20,000 nucleotides of DNA from Malacoraja senta (Eukaryota): assembly GCA_038087875.1 (NCBI GenBank), contig JAXLNO010000361.1, positions 58,999 to 78,998 on the forward strand. Direction: 5' to 3'. The position numbers were made by a program, and so were the translations under genes. Shown here one piece after another: positions 9,755-19,413 of the stretch (the stretch's first letter is position 1; each line of letters opens with the position of its first letter). The notes beneath the pieces were generated by a model. That model was not told where the DNA came from, did no database searches, and worked only from the letters and a program-made list of their open reading frames with translations.

Positions 9755-10760
9755 AAGGTACACAAAAATGCTGGAGAAACTCAGCGGGTGCAGCAGCATC
9801 TATGGAGCGAAGGAAATAGGCAATGTTTCGGGCCTAAACCCTTCTTCAGAATGATAGGGGGTGGGGAGAAGAAAGGAAAAAAGGAAAAAAGGCGGTGGAG
9901 GAGCCCGAGGGCTAGGGGATGGGAGGAGACAACCAGAGCGCTGATGAAGTGGAGGGGGCAGCAAGGGCTAGCAGAATTGGGAGAATTCAATGTTCATGCC
10001 CCCAGGATGTAGACTGCCCAAGCGGAATATGACGTGCATTTCCTCCAATTTCCGGTGATGCTCGCTGTGGCCATGGAGGAGACCCAGGACAGAGAGGTCA
10101 GATACGGAATGGGAGGGGGAGTTGAAGTGCTGAGCCACCGGGAGGTCAGGTTGGTTATTGCGGACTGACCGGAGGTGTTCGGGGAAACGATCGCCAAGCC
10201 TCTGCTTGGTCTCACTGATGTAGATCAGCTGAATCTAGAGCAGCAGATGCAATAGATGAGGTTGGAGGAGATGCAGGTGAACCTCTGTCGCACCTGGAAC
10301 GACTGCTTGGGTCCTTGAATGGAGTCGAGGGGGGAGGTGAAGGGACAAGCGTTGCATCTCTTGCGGTTGCAAGGGAAAGTACCCGGGGAGGGGGTGGTAC
10401 GGGAGGGAAGGGTACGGGAGGGAAGGGAAGAATTGACAAGGGAATTACGGAGGGAGCGGTCTTTGCGGAAGGCAGACATGGGGGGAGATGGGAAGATGTG
10501 GCGAGTGGTGGGGTCACATTGGAGGTGGCGAAACTGACGGAGGATCACTTGTTGTATGTGACGGCTGGTGGGGTGAAAGGTGAGGACTAGGGGACTCTGC
10601 CCTTGTTGTGAGTGGGGGGATGGGGAGAGAGAGCAGTGTTGCGGTGTATGGCAGAGACCCTGGTGATAGCCTCATCTATGGTGGAGGAGGGGAACCCCCG
10701 TTCCCTGAAGAATGAGGACATGTCGGATGCCCTGGTGTGGAACGCCTCATCGTGGGAGAG
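9755..10760 (-). mobile_element. Penelope-like retroelement, 5'-truncated: RT C-terminus, linker, GIY-YIG endonuclease and 3' pseudo-LTR
   Basis: FFRERGFP, AFRKDRSLRNSLV, PC..KRC..C and FTCISSNLIYCI.C, then YISETKQRLGDRF.EH..PVAQHFN..GSLHPGGMNIEF, with a stop at 9968-9970. Confidence 0.93.
9819..9852 (-). ncRNA. Minimal hammerhead-ribozyme-like core in the Penelope pseudo-LTR (probably degenerate in this copy)
   Basis: The minus strand reads CUGAAGA-A-GGGU UUAG GCCC-GAAAC-AUU, i.e. CUGANGA box, stem II, GAAA box and NUH triplet. Confidence 0.6.
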
Positions 10761-11087
10761 AAGTTGTTTTTTGATCTTCACTTGGCCAACTAGTGTTCTC
10801 CAGATGTTTGGAGGTTATTCTATCAAAAAAATACCATCTGTGGCAGCTGTGGCTTAGTACGGATCAAATTTTATCGTATAGATGTAGCACTCCCATACCA
10901 GATACCTTATTTGGCAGTGGAGTATCATAGGGCATTTCTGACTGTGGCTAGACATTTCTCTGTTTTCTATTCCATGTTTATAAATGATACTAGACCAAGT
11001 GCAGACCCGTTGGGTCTGGTCCCCGAACGTGCTTCAGACCCCGAGTACGGGGAAGGGGGGTGGAGGGTGGAGTGGGCGGGCCAGGCA

Positions 11088-11275
11088 TATGCCGTCAAGA
11101 CGCTGTGTACGCCGTCAAGACGCTGTGTACGCCATCGAGACACTGCGTATGACGTCGAGAAGCTGCGTACGCCTGCGGAGATGCTGCGTACGCTGTCGAG
11201 ACGCTGCGTACAATGTCGAGACGCTGCGTACGCCGTCGAGACGCTGTGTACACCCGTCGGTACGCTGCGTACGCC
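11088..11275. repeat. 20-bp CpG-rich minisatellite, about 9.3 copies
   Basis: Consensus TACGCCGTCGAGACGCTGCG, arranged head to tail with no spacers. Confidence 0.96.
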
Positions 11276-11311
11276 CTCAATGCGGATGCGGGCCGACGGG
11301 CCATTGACGCA

Positions 11312-11433
11312 CCGGCTCTGTTACGCTGGGTCAAGCCAAAGATCGTCTGTTTCCCCGCTGCTTTTCGCTGAGGACGGCGAAAAGCAGCAGGTCAACAGGC
11401 GATCTTTGGCTTGAGCCAGCGTGACAGAGCCGG
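11312..11433. repeat. 122-nt imperfect palindrome (59-bp arms, 4-nt loop)
   Basis: 11312-11370 versus the reverse complement of 11375-11433: 52/59 match, no gaps. Confidence 0.95.
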
Positions 11434-11934
11434 GCCGGGGGGGGTGGGGGAGTGGAGGAGAGCCAGGCGGCAGCAGCCGTTGGTGAAAATGTCAGGAAAA
11501 ATGTCGGCGATTTTTTACGAGAGCCGGGCGGCAGCAGCCGTTATGGTGACTGGCCAGCAGGAGGCGAAAAAATGAGTGAGTGGGAGGGGGAAGGATTTTA
11601 TTTTAAAATGTGTACATAAAAATGTCTAAATGTAATGAGGAGTGGATTAGTGAATGTAAAAGTGAAATGGCTCGCGAAATGGAAAAAATCTCTGGGTTTT
11701 TGCGTGTGGTTTTGGCGGACCAAGGAATCAAAGGCCAAATCTGACACCCACAAACTTACACACACATAGAATTTTAAAAGTATATAGAAGATTATTTGTG
11801 TGCTGGATTTCTCTCTTAACCTCTCCATATGCCTTTTGAAAGAGTAATTCAGAAGTTAACAAGACTCATCCTATGTGTCCAATGGATAATGTTCGAGCTT
11901 ATGTTTAGCTCCCTGTTGACTTTGTGATTTATGG

Positions 11935-13586
11935 TCAGGCGAGACCTGCCTCAGGCCTCCTGGTAAACCCAGGCTGGCCGACATAGCCATGGTTCTCTAT
12001 TCGGGGTATGATCAGCCTTTTATGGCCGTCCCCAAGGCAGTATCTGCAATCCATCCTGTGACATAGGGAGGGGTACTCCATGACCAAATTAAATTATTGG
12101 TTCACAGAGTCTGAGAAGACCTTTCCTGGGGATCAGATTGACTGAACGCACGGTGGATGTACTGACTGCAGCCTGGAGAGACAGTACGAAGAAACAATAC
12201 GTTTTCCATATTAGGAAGTGGGAAGAGTACTGTTCGCTAGCCAATATATCATATGACTCAGCACACATAACCGATGTGTTAGGGTTTCTCTCCAAACTAT
12301 TTTTTGAAAAGAATTTGAGTTATAGTGCTATTAACTGTGCCAGAAGTGCACTATCGGCGTATCTGGGGCCAAGATCGGGACAACTACCTGTTGGGTCACA
12401 CCCTCTAGTGTCCAGGTTCATGAAGGGCATCTTCAACACTAAACCTCCCAGGCCCAGATATACGGAAATATGGGATGTAGGCACAGTATTAACTCTGCTC
12501 CGCCGGTGGGCGCCGGCAACATCCCTGTCCCTGGCCCAGCTCACATACAAAGTAGTGATGCTTATGGCGCTGGTGTAAGCGCAACGGGCCCAGTCGCTAC
12601 ACAAGCTCCGACTGGACAGAATGATCATATCTGCCAATAGCATCACGTTCTACGTGTATGACCTAGTTAAGCAAAGCAGACCAGGTTCATCCGGTCTCAA
12701 GCTGTGTTTTGCGGCTTACCCCTTGGACATCCGGCTATGTGTGGTAACACACCTACAACTTTATATTAAGGTCACTAAAAGCCTCAGGGGCTCGGAACTA
12801 GCATTATTTGTTAGTTTTAAGAAACCTCATAATAAGTTTTCAGTTCAGACCATTTCCAAGTGGCTGAAACAGGTCCTGACATATTCAGGAGTTATTACTG
12901 ATTATTTTAAATCTCACTCCACCAGGGCAGCATCAATGTCAGCAGCGAGGACAATGGACGTCCCGCTAGACCATATACTAGCAACCGCAGGATGGTCAGG
13001 AGAACGTACATTTCAGGCGTTTTATAATAAACCTGTCGCCAGACCAAGGGCTTTTGCCGACATCGTTTTAAGTTCTGTTACGTAGTTTCCCTAGATGAGA
13101 GGATCTACTATTATTATGATTTGTCCATTAAAAACATCAGCATTTTTTCAAACATTTGTCATGTCTGAATGCACTTACAGTATCTCTCATCCTTGGACAA
13201 CCTATACAGTGCGTGGCTTGGACTTGTGTCCACGGCATGAAATTACAGAGCTTCGAAGTCTTCACGTAGTCACTCACGTGACTCCAAAGTGAAATAGTAA
13301 GATTAAATGAGAACTTACCAGTTTGATCTTTATTTTATGAGGAGTTACGCCGAGGGATTACGTGCCCTCCACTCCCAACCCTCTCTCATAAAGGTCAGCT
13401 GGTAGTTCTAGTTTCTCGAATCTTACTATATTCAGTTCATCAACTGTTTTCTGTGATTTCACACCGCTGCTTTGAAGATTGCCGCGCATGCGGGCTGGCG
13501 GGTTCTTCACGTAATCCCTCATCGTAACGCCTCATAAAATAAAGATCTAACTTCAAACGGGTAAGTTCTCGTTTAATCTTACTATT
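11935..13586 (+). mobile_element. DIRS1-type retrotransposon, copy B (5'-truncated: end of MT, YR, ICR, right ITR)
   Basis: MT remnant ASGLLV.PGWPT*PWF, then YR, ICR 13275-13364 and right ITR 13480-13586 ending CTTACT-ATT. The 3' end is very similar to copy A in the opposite orientation. The left boundary is approximate. Confidence 0.95.
12111..13085 (+). pseudogene. DIRS B tyrosine recombinase with a single in-frame stop
   Basis: ORFs 12138-12578 and 12621-13085 share a frame and are separated by TAA at 12576-12578. Catalytic motifs AQRAQ, SHSTR, AGWS and FQAFY are present. Confidence 0.94.
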
Positions 13587-13725
13587 ACACTCTCATCACC
13601 CACCCGTATCCAGTATCAACCTGGGATCAAAATCATGCCAATTATGTTATAGGAACATACGTTTTGGTTTATTTTCACAGTTTATTTAATTCTATTATAC
13701 AGTAGGTAGAAGTCTACGCAGCTGA

Positions 13726-13982
13726 ACTTTGAAAGGCAGATTTGGAGGAATTTATTTAGCGAGAGTGGTGAATCTGTTGAATTCATTGCAGCATGACAAG
13801 TCATTTGATATATATTTAATTGAGATTGATAGGATTTTGATCAGTATGGATGTCAATGGTTACAGGAAACAGGCCGAATAATGGTCTGAGAGGGGAAAAA
13901 TAGATCAGCCATGATCAAATGGTGGATCATACTCGATGAGCTGAATGGCTTAATTCTGCTCTCATGTCTTATGATCTTATGA
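13726..13982 (+). mobile_element. CR1-clade (HER1-like) LINE 3' end
   Basis: GAGAGTGGTGAATCTGTTGAATTC (RVVNL.N), then GATCAGCCATGATC..ATGG, GAATGGCTTAATTCTGCTC and a (TCTTATGA)2 tail, typical of CR1 3' ends in sharks and rays. Confidence 0.8.
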
Positions 13983-14434
13983 TATTCATGTCACTTGCAG
14001 CAGCAGAGTCATGGTCTAACAGGATATTGCTTACTATGTGTGTTCGCCATAAAGGCTGAGGAGCCAACAAGAGTTCAACACTCAGCTAAAATGAACATCA
14101 AGTTCCTTGGCCAGCTTCTGGTTGTTGAAATAACATGCTTCCAGAACATTGATGCAAATTCAGGACAGCCACTTTCATGGATGTCACCCAAAGAGTCATA
14201 TTGCAACAGTTTACAGTTGCAACCTAAATTGATGAGGTCAGAGGATTTTGTTAAATTAAGATTGAACTGGATGGCAATTGCTGAGAACGATGAATAAACT
14301 AGCTTGCATGGTATTAATGAGAGGTAGCGGGGAGGTGGGTTGCTGTTTAGACACCAGAATCAAGTTCCAAGATAAACAGGAGTGTACTGTTATCAGCCTG
14401 TAACATTGCAATACAAGGTGGTGCATACAGTACA

Positions 14435-14652
14435 GTAAAGTAAAGTAAATTTATTGTCAATTCAAATAATGCAACTAGTAGTTACACAGAGGATTGAAAT
14501 TGCGTTTCCCCATACTCCAATGTGTAAGTAATATTTATAACACAGACAGACAATATACCAATAAAGATAGACAATGGACATATACATTATATAAAATATT
14601 CACAGTGTGCCAGAGTGTAGTAAAATTTTGAGGTATGTTATTAAGGTGCAAT
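14435..14652 (-). mobile_element. Rex1/Babar LINE 3' UTR and tail (distal part, left of the DIRS C insertion)
   Basis: The minus strand ends GACAATAAA(TTTAC)3. The AT-rich UTR with a TATTGCAC motif continues at 19414 on the other side of DIRS C. Confidence 0.75.
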
Positions 14653-15178
14653 AATAGTAAGATTAAACGAGAACTTACCTAAGTTTGAAGTTTGATATTT
14701 ATTTTATGAGGAGTTACATAGGTGATTACGTGAAGAACCCTGCCAGTGCGCCTGTGCGTCAATCTTCAAAGCAGCGGTGTGAAATCACAAAAAACAACAA
14801 CCGAAGTAATAAAGTCTCATAATAAAACGAGTAATACAAGAACTTCCATCTGACCTTTATGATAGAGGGTAGGGTCGTGGCGGGCACGTAATCACCTACG
14901 TAACTCCTCATAAAATAAAGATCAAACTTCAAACTTAGGTAAGTTCTCGTTTAATCTTACTATTTTACTTCGGAGTCACGTGAGTGACTATGTGAAGATT
15001 TTAAAGCTTTGTGATTTCATGCCGTAGATCAATCCCGGCTTCTCACTGCATAGATTGACTCGGAACGAGAATAATCAATCATGCATTCATAATAACATTT
15101 GTACCACAAATGCAGTAATTCATTTCAATAATGAAATTAATCAGATCCCCTTTAAACCAGAGGAATTTACACAGAACT

Positions 15179-16135
15179 TCAAATAGTTTCTGCACACAAT
15201 CCCGCATTAACAATAGGCCGATGGTAAAAATGTTGAAACATCAAATCATTGGACCATCCGGCGGCTGCGAGGATATGGTCGACGGGGACGTCTTTTGCCC
15301 TGGCCGCCGACTTTACTGCTGCCCTAGTCGAGTGAGACGTAAAAACGTAAGTGTTAATACCAGCAGCTGTTAAGACTTCTTTTATCCATCTGGAAATAGT
15401 CTGTATTGGAACTCTCTTGTGTGATTTCTTGTGTGTGATCAACAACCCAGTTTATGTATTTCTCAAATTCTTTGTGACCTCAATATATTGTAACAAATAT
15501 GTCTTAATACAGAGACAAGGATCATTTGGATATACTGCTAGCATAATTTTAAATCCTGTCACACCTGGCCTAATTTGCTTTAGTACGTCATAGATATAGA
15601 ATGTAACCTTATCTTCAGTTACTTCCATACTGTCTATTTGTAATTTTCCAAGTGTTTGCACTCGTTGTGCTGTCACTCTTGCCATAAGCATGAATACTTT
15701 CATACTGAGCTTGGCCAAAGGTAAAGACACACTTGTTGACCATTCACAAAGTAGTTTCAGTACCACACTTACATCCCAGATTGTCATGTACCTAGGTTTC
15801 GGTGGTTTGGAATTAAAGATTCCTTTCATTAGTCTGGAAACAATTGGGTGTGACCCAATTGGGTTTCTTTCTGAATCCAGAACCAAATATGAGGACAATG
15901 CACTTCTGGCTGAATTAATTGCACTACAACTCAGACCTTCATCATAATAAAGTTTTGACAGAAATTCTAAACGTTTGAAATATCTACAGTACTTTATTGC
16001 ACATTCTTTTGTACACAGAACTCTTCCCATTTCTTAATATAAGAAAGGTACTGTTTTTGAGTGCTCTTCCTCCAGGCTGCCGTAAGCATGTCCACAGTAC
16101 TCTCAGACAGTCCTCGTCCCAGAAAAGGCATTCTT
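15179..16135 (-). pseudogene. DIRS C tyrosine recombinase, frameshifted
   Basis: AAWRKST.KQY, SAINSARSALS, HPIVSRLMKGI, TAQRVQTL, SHSTRAA and AGWS..FQHFYHRPI (ORFs 15452-16030 and 15179-15445). Confidence 0.94.
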
Positions 16136-17890
16136 AAAACCTGCAAATCAACAAATCCAAACGATCATATAATGGATGTTGTTCCCCTGTTACAGGGTGC
16201 AGCAATAAATTACTCTTTTTGGGGACTTTCATCAACATTTGTGTTGTTAATTCTAATATCAATGGATACCATGGCTGTGTAGGCCAATCTGGTACTACCA
16301 ATACCCTTGAAGCAGCATCTTGCCTGATTTTAAGCAAACATTGGCTTATGAGGCAGAAAGGTGGAAATATATATGAAAACATACCACCCCAATGTAGCGA
16401 GAAAGCATCAATCGCCACTGCTCCTGGATCTGGTTTCCATGAGACATATCTCGATAGCTGATGATTCAAGTCGATGTCGGGCATTCCAAATCTGATTACT
16501 ATATCATTGAATACCTCTTGATTCAACATCCATTCTTTATTATCATGGAACTTTCGTGACCTGGTGTCTGCTATCGTGTTCATTCTACCTGGTAGATAGA
16601 TAGCTGAAATCCAAATGTTCTTTTCAATACATCAAGACCAAAGTTGATTTAACCATTTTGTCACATGACACCGACTTAATTCCACCCATATCATTAATAT
16701 AGGCAACTGCTGTTGTGTTTATTAATTTGAACTTGAACCTTCCTTTTAGTTGTGTTAGAACCATAAGCTTGGAGTCCATACAAACCTCCTAAAAGCTCCA
16801 AATAGGTAATTCCCCATGTCTGCAGTAACAATAACTCTTCCTGATTCCATCTGCCTCCGCAGCTAGATGTTAAGTCAGTTGCACCCCATCCTAGTGCACT
16901 GGCATCAGTTTGTAATATCATGGAAGGTTGTTCAATCAGCACTTTGCCTGAACTGCTTGAGACATGTAGAATCCACCACTGCAGATTAGAAACAGCATTT
17001 GTTGTTACTTGCATGGTTCTATCAAAATGCCCAGCATTTACTCTCAGTGCCTGTTCTTTGATTCTCTGCAGCTGTTGATAATGTAATGGTCCATACTGGA
17101 CTGCTGGGAATCTACTAATTTTCCCAGTACTCGAGCCACCTGTCTGATTAGAGGTTTTTGCTCGTTTAACAGATTACTGCAATCTTTAATCAACTCCACC
17201 CTTTTTTCACTGGGCAAAGTAATTTTCATTTGGGCTGAATCAATTGTGAACCCCAAATAATCAATCGAGGTACATGTTTTTAACCTTGATTTCTTTGGAT
17301 GAATTTAGAAACCCCCAAACTTTCAAAAGTTTGATTTCATAACTGCAACCGATGCTTCTGTTGACTGTTTTGTCCTTCCTATAATCAGGACATCATCCAG
17401 GTATGCCATTAGTACATGCCCCTGGCTCTCAGCAACCCCAGAATTGATTTTAACAATTTTATGAATATTTTGGGAGCGAACGTTAACCCATTAGGCAGAG
17501 CTTTGAACTGCCCTAATTGGTTCATCCATGTAAATTTAAGATACTTCATATCTTGCAAGTGAACAGACACCGAACAAAATGATTCAGACTTGTCAAGTCT
17601 ATAATAATCCTACATCCTCCATCCTTTTTTGATCGAGGGAATATATTTGACCCAAATTGGTGAATTTGGTCGACTGATTCTTCAATAACACCTTTTATAT
17701 GTAGGGTTTTGAAGCGCAGCTTGAACCTCCATTACTTCGCAAAGTGGAGAGTTCTGCTAGGAACATGCTGGACAGGCAAATCATAATTTGGATTGAATTC
17801 AATTCGAAATCCTTGTATATTATTCAGAATTACCACATCTGAAGTAATCTTCTTCCAATGTTTATAGAAGAGACGTAGTCTGCCTCCAAC
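16134..17890 (-). pseudogene. DIRS C pol: RT, RNase H and MT domain, disrupted
   Basis: RT: VGGRL, KKDGGCRIIIDL, FKALPNGL and YLDD at 17392-17403. RNase H: LQTDASALGWG, ITYLEL, N.IAD..SR. MT (ORF 16134-16583): DAFSLHW, YIFPPF, VVPDWPTQPWYP. Confidence 0.94.
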
Positions 17891-19204
17891 TTATGGACTT
17901 GATCCAGTTAGTATGTTCCCATGAGAACCAGGTCCACCTACCTCTTGAGTCATTTGAGTATTCTGAGATCCCTGGATTCTCCCGGAAGCACCACCACTGG
18001 TTCTTACTCCTGCTGCAGGCCGCCAGCTACGTCCCTGCGTTGATGAGCGACTTGGTCCTGGTCTAGGATCCGTATGACATCTGAAAGGATACTTCCTCTT
18101 TACAGACTTTTCAACCATTAATGTTTTTATCAATCCTGTTTTCGCTTCATCTTCCAACTCTTTAATACGTCTCCCGAGATCCTCTCCAAAGAGTAAGTTG
18201 GGTAATTGTATATTACTTGGTTTGCAGAGTGCTGCGAATTTCGGATTCATAGTAGGCCGTATAGCACCTTCCTCAGATAATTGATCTCGAAGTGGGTGCT
18301 GCATAGCAACCCCAGTGCTTCCTGATGCAACTTCGTCATCTCTTGGCTGTCATCTGCTATTCTGGTAACAGCAGTTATTCCAGAACCCAGCAGCTTTAAT
18401 ATTCTCTGCAACTGATTCCAGATAATTTGGTTCACTGCTGCTGCTTTCAGCAACCCACAGTTACTTGGGGTCTCCTGCTTTCTTGCAGTCTCATCCATCT
18501 CCTGCTGTTCCAGCTGATGGTAAACCAAGTAATTTATTAAGGAGGCCAGTTCTTCTCCTAATGGCTCTCCTGACCCTGACGGGGCAGTGAATCCTACTGC
18601 CAGGGGTGGAACATCTGGCAGCTGCCGTTCATCGCCTTGTACAGCCTCACCGTCAGAGTCGGGGTCTGAAATCTCATGACCCGTAGCATGCTCCTCATCC
18701 CTGAGGGTGCATTCCATCAGCCCTGTGCCAGGTGCTGTTAAGCTGCTTCCAGCAGCTTGGATTTCAGTACACTCCTTCCTGAGTGAACTTTGCTCCAAGA
18801 GCCTATGTAAAAGGCTTTCTATTTGGGCAATACGCTCGAAAGCAGTATCTAGCCCTGTACCAGGAGCTGTTGAGCTGCTTCCAGCAGCTTGGATTTCAGT
18901 ACACTCCTCCCTGAGTGAACTTTGCTCCAACAGCCTATGTAAAAGTATTCTATTTGGGCAATACGCTCGAAAGCAGTATCTAGCCCTGGAGCTACTTCCA
19001 TTGCCTGGGACTCCCTCCGTGGGCCGTTGGGATTTAAACTTCATCATTTGCCCGACAGGTGCTGACTGTGTTTTCAGCAGCCCCAGGTCCACAGTCGCTA
19101 TGCTCACCGCTGGCGACTGTACCAGGGTTTAGAGGCGGTTGGTCACTAACCGCAGACTCCCGACTTTCTGTCGGCTGTGTCGCTCGCCTCTTCCCCCTGC
19201 CCAT
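17891..19204 (-). pseudogene. DIRS C gag-like ORF1, frameshifted
   Basis: ORF pieces 19034-19246, 18247-19107 and 17891-18304 include PSNC.LL...VNQIIW and LLFGEDL. They sit directly after the left ITR. Confidence 0.75.
18719..18988. repeat. 132-bp tandem duplication in DIRS C gag
   Basis: 18719-18850 (132 bp) and 18851-18981 (131 bp) are near identical, followed by a further AGCCCTG. Confidence 0.96.
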
Positions 19205-19413
19205 TTTTTCCCATGGCGTCTGTGGAGAAAATCCCCACAGACCCACAGTAAACGCCCCTGGAAAACATGAAAAATGTTTTTACTTACCTTGTAGTTAAAA
19301 AACTACAAACCACTGGAGGAGCTCTGCTCCTCACGTCCATTTGCATCAAGGCGTCTGACGTAATGATGCACAGGCACACTAGCGGGGTTCTTCACGTGAC
19401 TCCGAAGTAAAAT

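Larger units (their letters stand above)
10990..11791 (-). mobile_element. Non-autonomous Helitron (802 bp)
   Basis: The minus strand starts TC (TCTTCTATATAC) after an A and ends CTAG before a T, with no TSD. A perfect hairpin CAGACCC-AAC-GGGTCTG (11002-11018) lies 8 nt from the CTAG. Confidence 0.88.
14653..19413 (-). mobile_element. DIRS1-type retrotransposon, copy C (near full length, divergent subfamily, decayed)
   Basis: Left ITR 19364-19413, right ITR 14653-14761, ICR 14885-14983. ATT is present at both junctions. Gag, RT, RNase H, MT and YR remnants lie between the ends. Confidence 0.97.

Noticed and set aside
11088..11275. CRISPR-like regular repeats
   Set aside because: The units are contiguous with no unique spacers, there are no cas genes, and the context is a eukaryotic TE.
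10911..11414. 167-aa ORF and overlapping ORFs
   Set aside because: They are open frames produced by the GC-rich minisatellite and palindrome, and the main ORF crosses the Helitron boundary.
13995..14297. 100-aa ORF in apparently unique sequence as a host exon
   Set aside because: It has a non-ATG start, no recognisable motif and no convincing donor site. It cannot be supported without expression or homology data.
15179..17890. RT + methyltransferase + integrase read as a novel prokaryotic defence or prophage system
   Set aside because: The domain order and ITR/ICR ends match the known DIRS1 retrotransposon architecture, and all the ORFs are decayed.
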